Assembly (NCBI GenBank): GCA_043228905.1
Contig: JBHGNT010000013.1
Span: 14,012,001-14,076,000 of the forward strand
Reading direction: 5' to 3'
DNA length: 64,000 nucleotides
Origin: Azolla caroliniana
Taxonomy: Eukaryota; Plantae; Polypodiophyta
Shown: piece by piece, positions 60,501 through 64,000 of the stretch
How the letters are laid out: each line of letters starts with the position of its first letter
How positions within the stretch are numbered: the stretch's first letter is position 1
Notes under the pieces: model-generated
The model's input: only the letters and a program-made list of their open reading frames with translations
Database searches by the model: none
What the model was told of the DNA's origin: nothing
Position numbers and translations under genes: made by a program

Positions 60501-62617
60501 TCTCGGTTTTCGGAACCGAGGGAATCGCGGTTACGTTCGTGGTTCGGCCGTACCGTCAGAAACTGGACCGAATGGCGCCCGTCTTGGCTTTTGACCCTTG
60601 CGTAGGCCGAACCATTGTCCAGCACTTTGGTCTCCATTCGCGCCGCCGTGATGTACGGCTCTCCCAGAATGACCGGATGCGAAGACGTCTCCTGCACGAA
60701 GAAGTGCTGGTCAATCTCGACGTCGCCGATCTTGACTCGCACATTCGGACAGGCCCCGTGCAGTTCCTCGGTGGCGCGCGTTGCTGCCCTTATTTTCCAC
60801 CCGTGCTTGGTGTTGATCGGCCATTTGCCCTTCTTATAGAAGTCCATGGACATCAAATTGATCTCCGATCCGTGGTCCACCAAAGCTATCACCGGTTCCT
60901 GGACATCGCCGATCTTCACCGGGGTTTCCGTGGTCGCTCGGGCCCAGTGTGGTCTCGAATAGTGGCTTTCCGCCCACTCGTCTCCCAGCGCCATGTCGTC
61001 TAGGTGCGTCGTCCGCACTTCCACCGGTCTTTCCGGTTCTGTCTCCGTCGACAGCCTCTTCCGTTTCACCAAGTCCACGATGGAGTCGTGGAACTCCTTC
61101 TTGGCGATTCCCAGCACCTCTCGTAACGACAGCTCCACCTTGCTGTCGAGGATCCGTTCCTCCAGGACCTTTCGTAAGTCCGTGGTCCTTTCTATCTCCG
61201 TCCCCAGACGGTACCCGCCCTTCTGGGGTTTATCTTGCGTACCGGCCCCGCCGGCTTCGTCCCGTCGTGGCCCGGACCGGGTCTCGTATCGTTGTGAGGG
61301 CCCGGTCGTCCCGGGTCTCCCCACCCGCTTCTCTTCTACCAGAGCCTCGTAGTTCTGGCAAGCGGCTTCCACGAAGCCCGTCCTTTCCTCGACCGGGTCG
61401 CTCCACCCGGTCATCTCCCGTACCCGTTTCTCCGCACGGTCCGATTCCTCCCCTTTAAGCCTTGCACCGGCAAGGCCTTCCAGCATCGTCGGCCAGAATC
61501 CGGCTTTGCTTTCCCTTCGGGCCTCGCCGCCCCCGACTCGAATGCCGGCCGACGCCGAGTAGTGGACGGTTTCCGCGTGTCGGGCCGCCGCCTCTTCCAT
61601 CAGCCTTTTCATACCACCCTTTCCGTCGTTTCGGCTCAGGGCCCTTCGGGTGTCGCTGGCATGCACCCGTCCTTCCCACAGGTACACCACCCTGTTCCTC
61701 AGCGCCTCCGCGAAGTCGCCGCAGTCCTTCCGAATGTGGCCGACTTCATCGCACCACATGCACCTGTTTCCTGCCGCCGGCCGTCGGTCACGAGCCGGTT
61801 CGCCTCCTTCTCTTCGGGCCTGCGCGATTTGGAGGTCTTTTATCGCCTTCGTCAATTCCTCCAGCGCCGCTCCTCCGGTTGAGCCTCTGACTACGCCGGT
61901 CGAAGCCGAACCGGTATCCAACCACTCTCGGGTCTCTTCTTTTCGCACCTGTGGCGCTGGATCGGGCTTCCTTGCTGCGACCGAGCCCGACCCGGTTGCA
62001 CCGTTATCCGCCCATTCTCGCCGTTTGTCGAAACGGCCACAGACCTTCCTGACAGCCGCCCAGTCCGTAGTGAGCCCGTCTTCGGTTTCCAGCAAGAGGC
62101 CCACGTGCTCCCGATCCCGTTCGTCGACCGACTTGACAAACAGCAAGACCCGGCTCGTGTCCAGGATGGTTCGGTCGAGCGCCGAAAGGCGCGCAAAGTT
62201 TTCCTCGAACTCCCGGAGGAGCGCCGACGCGTTTCTTCCCTTCCCCGGGGACTCCACCCATTCCATGAACCTTCGCTTCGAAAGCCGGAGCGCGTCGTCC
62301 AGCCCGTATTTCTCTAGGAGCCGACCTTCGAACTCCTCCCAGGTACGGCTCTCCGTCCGCACCTCGAGCACCTCCGCATGGATGCTCGGCATCGCCACTC
62401 GGGGAAATCCGGCAAGACGCCTTTCTTCCGGAATGTCCCGCATCAGCATCTCCGCACCGTAGGACGCCAAATACTTCGTGGCATCCTTCCCATCGAACCG
62501 GCCGATCGTGCCGATGACCGCCTCAATAGCTCTGTCGAGGGCACCGGTGCTCTCGCGCGCGTTTACAATCCGATCCACGGCCGAAGCCATGGCCTCTGCG
62601 AGATCCGACCCCCTCAT
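60491..62617 (-). CDS. gag: Gag plus aspartic protease (the frame stays open upstream into the LTR, to 62800)
   Basis: Zinc knuckle CMWCDEVGHIRKDC; protease motifs ALVDHGSEINLM and VILGEPY. Confidence 0.9.
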   Translation of the reverse strand: MRGSDLAEAMASAVDRIVNARESTGALDRAIEAVIGTIGRFDGKDATKYLASYGAEMLMRDIPEERRLAGFPRVAMPSIHAEVLEVRTESRTWEEFEGRLLEKYGLDDALRLSKRRFMEWVESPGKGRNASALLREFEENFARLSALDRTILDTSRVLLFVKSVDERDREHVGLLLETEDGLTTDWAAVRKVCGRFDKRREWADNGATGSGSVAARKPDPAPQVRKEETREWLDTGSASTGVVRGSTGGAALEELTKAIKDLQIAQARREGGEPARDRRPAAGNRCMWCDEVGHIRKDCGDFAEALRNRVVYLWEGRVHASDTRRALSRNDGKGGMKRLMEEAAARHAETVHYSASAGIRVGGGEARRESKAGFWPTMLEGLAGARLKGEESDRAEKRVREMTGWSDPVEERTGFVEAACQNYEALVEEKRVGRPGTTGPSQRYETRSGPRRDEAGGAGTQDKPQKGGYRLGTEIERTTDLRKVLEERILDSKVELSLREVLGIAKKEFHDSIVDLVKRKRLSTETEPERPVEVRTTHLDDMALGDEWAESHYSRPHWARATTETPVKIGDVQEPVIALVDHGSEINLMSMDFYKKGKWPINTKHGWKIRAATRATEELHGACPNVRVKIGDVEIDQHFFVQETSSHPVILGEPYITAARMETKVLDNGSAYARVKSQDGRHSVQFLTVRPNHERNRDSLGSENREDF

Positions 62618-64000
62618 CTTCTGCTCTTCTGCCGCCTCTTTCACGTCGGGTTCACCAAAGATGTCGAGATATTTCGCAAGTGCGTGTGGAGATGAGGCGG
62701 GACCGCGGGGGTCTCGAACCAAAGAGCAAGCGAGGGAGGAGAAAGAGGGAGAACCGGCTACGCAGGACCGGGGGTACACAGGGACACGGCCCTTCAGCAC
62801 GGAGAACGCGAACAGACACCGACACAGACAGACGCGAACGACTAAATATGTATATTAACAAAATGGCTAACACGACTACAACCCTCGATGGGGCACAGGT
62901 TGGTTACAACCGAACAGGCCGGCGAACAGATGCCGATGCCTGTTCGCTTCGACGCACAAACGGGGTAGCAGGTCGGAGGTGCTGCCGGAAGCACTCGGGC
63001 GTTCCTCGAAACAGCGCGAGCCTCCTCGGAACCCTGCACAGAAAGCTATGGAGCTCAAGAAGGAAGGAAACAGAGAGAGAAGCGTCCAGAAACGGTCCGA
63101 CAGCACTTCGTCCTCTCTGCGCGAGATCTCTGCAACAGCTCTTTCCTGCTCCTTATATAGGCCGACGAGCAGGCCGTCATGTCAGCTTTATTCCCTGTCC
63201 CTTTTGGACAGGGATCCGCTCCGTTCTTCACGCATCCGCGTAGTTACGCCGCCGATTCGTACAGTTCGCGCGCGTGACCGAAAAGACTGTTCGCGCGGTC
63301 TTTGTCTTTACTCGTGTTAGGGCCCGTTCCTGCCGACCATCCTCCTAATTCGATTCTATGTACAACTTGGAGCGTGCGCGCGTGAAGAACCGGTTCCCAC
63401 GCCTTGGTGCGCCGATTCCGCTTATGGACGGTTTTCTTCACGACACCGTTATGCCTTTATGATGATAGGTGACGACGGTCCAAGAATCAGAAACTTTTTC
63501 CGAGACAACCAAGGATCAACGATGGATCGAGGGCATGAAGGAAGAAATGCAGGCTCTATGTAAGAATGAGACATGGGATCTCATCCCTCGTTCCCCACAT
63601 AAGAAAGCGAACAACTGCAGATGGATATATAAAGTGAAATATAATGTTGACGGCTTGGTCAACCGCTAGAAGGCAAGACTCATAGCTAGGGGATACACTC
63701 AAACACACAAAGTCGATTATGAGGAGACCTTTGCCCCAGTGGCAAAGATGACGATTGTTCGGACATTCATTGCTCCAATAGTTGCTAAAGGCTGGCACCT
63801 CCACCAATTGGATGTAAAGAACGCCTTTCTTCAAGGTGAATTAACAGAGGAGGTCTTCATGATTCAACCACTTGGTTTCGAATAGACCAAGCATCCGACT
63901 GCAATCTGCCGACTCAAGAAGCCATTGTACAAACTCAAGCAAGCATTGCGTGCTTGGCACTCGAAGATCACTCAGTATCTTCATCAAATCGGCTTCCGAA

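Larger units (their letters stand above)
56157..63445 (-). mobile_element. Intact Ty3/gypsy non-chromoviral element (possibly Phygy/Selgy-like), very recent
   Basis: 784-bp LTRs at 56157-56940 and 62662-63445, identical by eye; TSD CCGT at 56153-56156 and 63446-63449; tRNA-Trp PBS at 62640-62657; PPT at about 56941-56950; two open ORFs. Confidence 0.96.
55790..64000 (+). mobile_element. Degenerate copia element interrupted by the gypsy insertion; RT continues past the window end
   Basis: SQDVIFDE...DKGKAKMPKYE...RFGYDDYMAY before 56157 resumes at 63450 with WIYKVKY and LDVKNAFLQG. Homologous to 22470-23020. Confidence 0.85.

Noticed and set aside
56157-63445. Bacterial or foreign island suggested by high GC and CpG
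   Set aside because: Fully explained as a young LTR retrotransposon with LTRs, PBS, PPT and TSD.

Overview
Plant nuclear DNA, probably a fern or other non-seed plant (inferred from a Tcn1-like chromovirus, a tRNA-Trp-primed non-chromoviral gypsy family and a long PLS-PPR gene). It holds two host genes on the minus strand: a PLS-E PPR gene (29999-32926) and a 10-exon PX-domain EREX/EREL-family gene (43703-52030). The rest is mostly nested retroelements: an intact gypsy element with apparently identical LTRs (56157-63445), a Gag-only relative (227-3743), a young Tnt1/Tork-like copia and a decayed chromovirus both inside the 5' LTR of an older copia (10991-23641), L1 and RTE LINEs, a tRNA-derived SINE and solo LTRs. 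Most notable: (1) antisense tRNA-like A/B-box cassettes at the U3 end of LTRs from different gypsy lineages; (2) a Gag-only element that shares PBS, Gag and a 4-bp CCGT target duplication with the autonomous element; (3) U5 sequence complementary to the tRNA-Trp anticodon and T arms; (4) a -1 frameshift cassette between gag-protease and pol; (5) a Tf1-type self-priming signal. All calls were made by eye, with no database searches.
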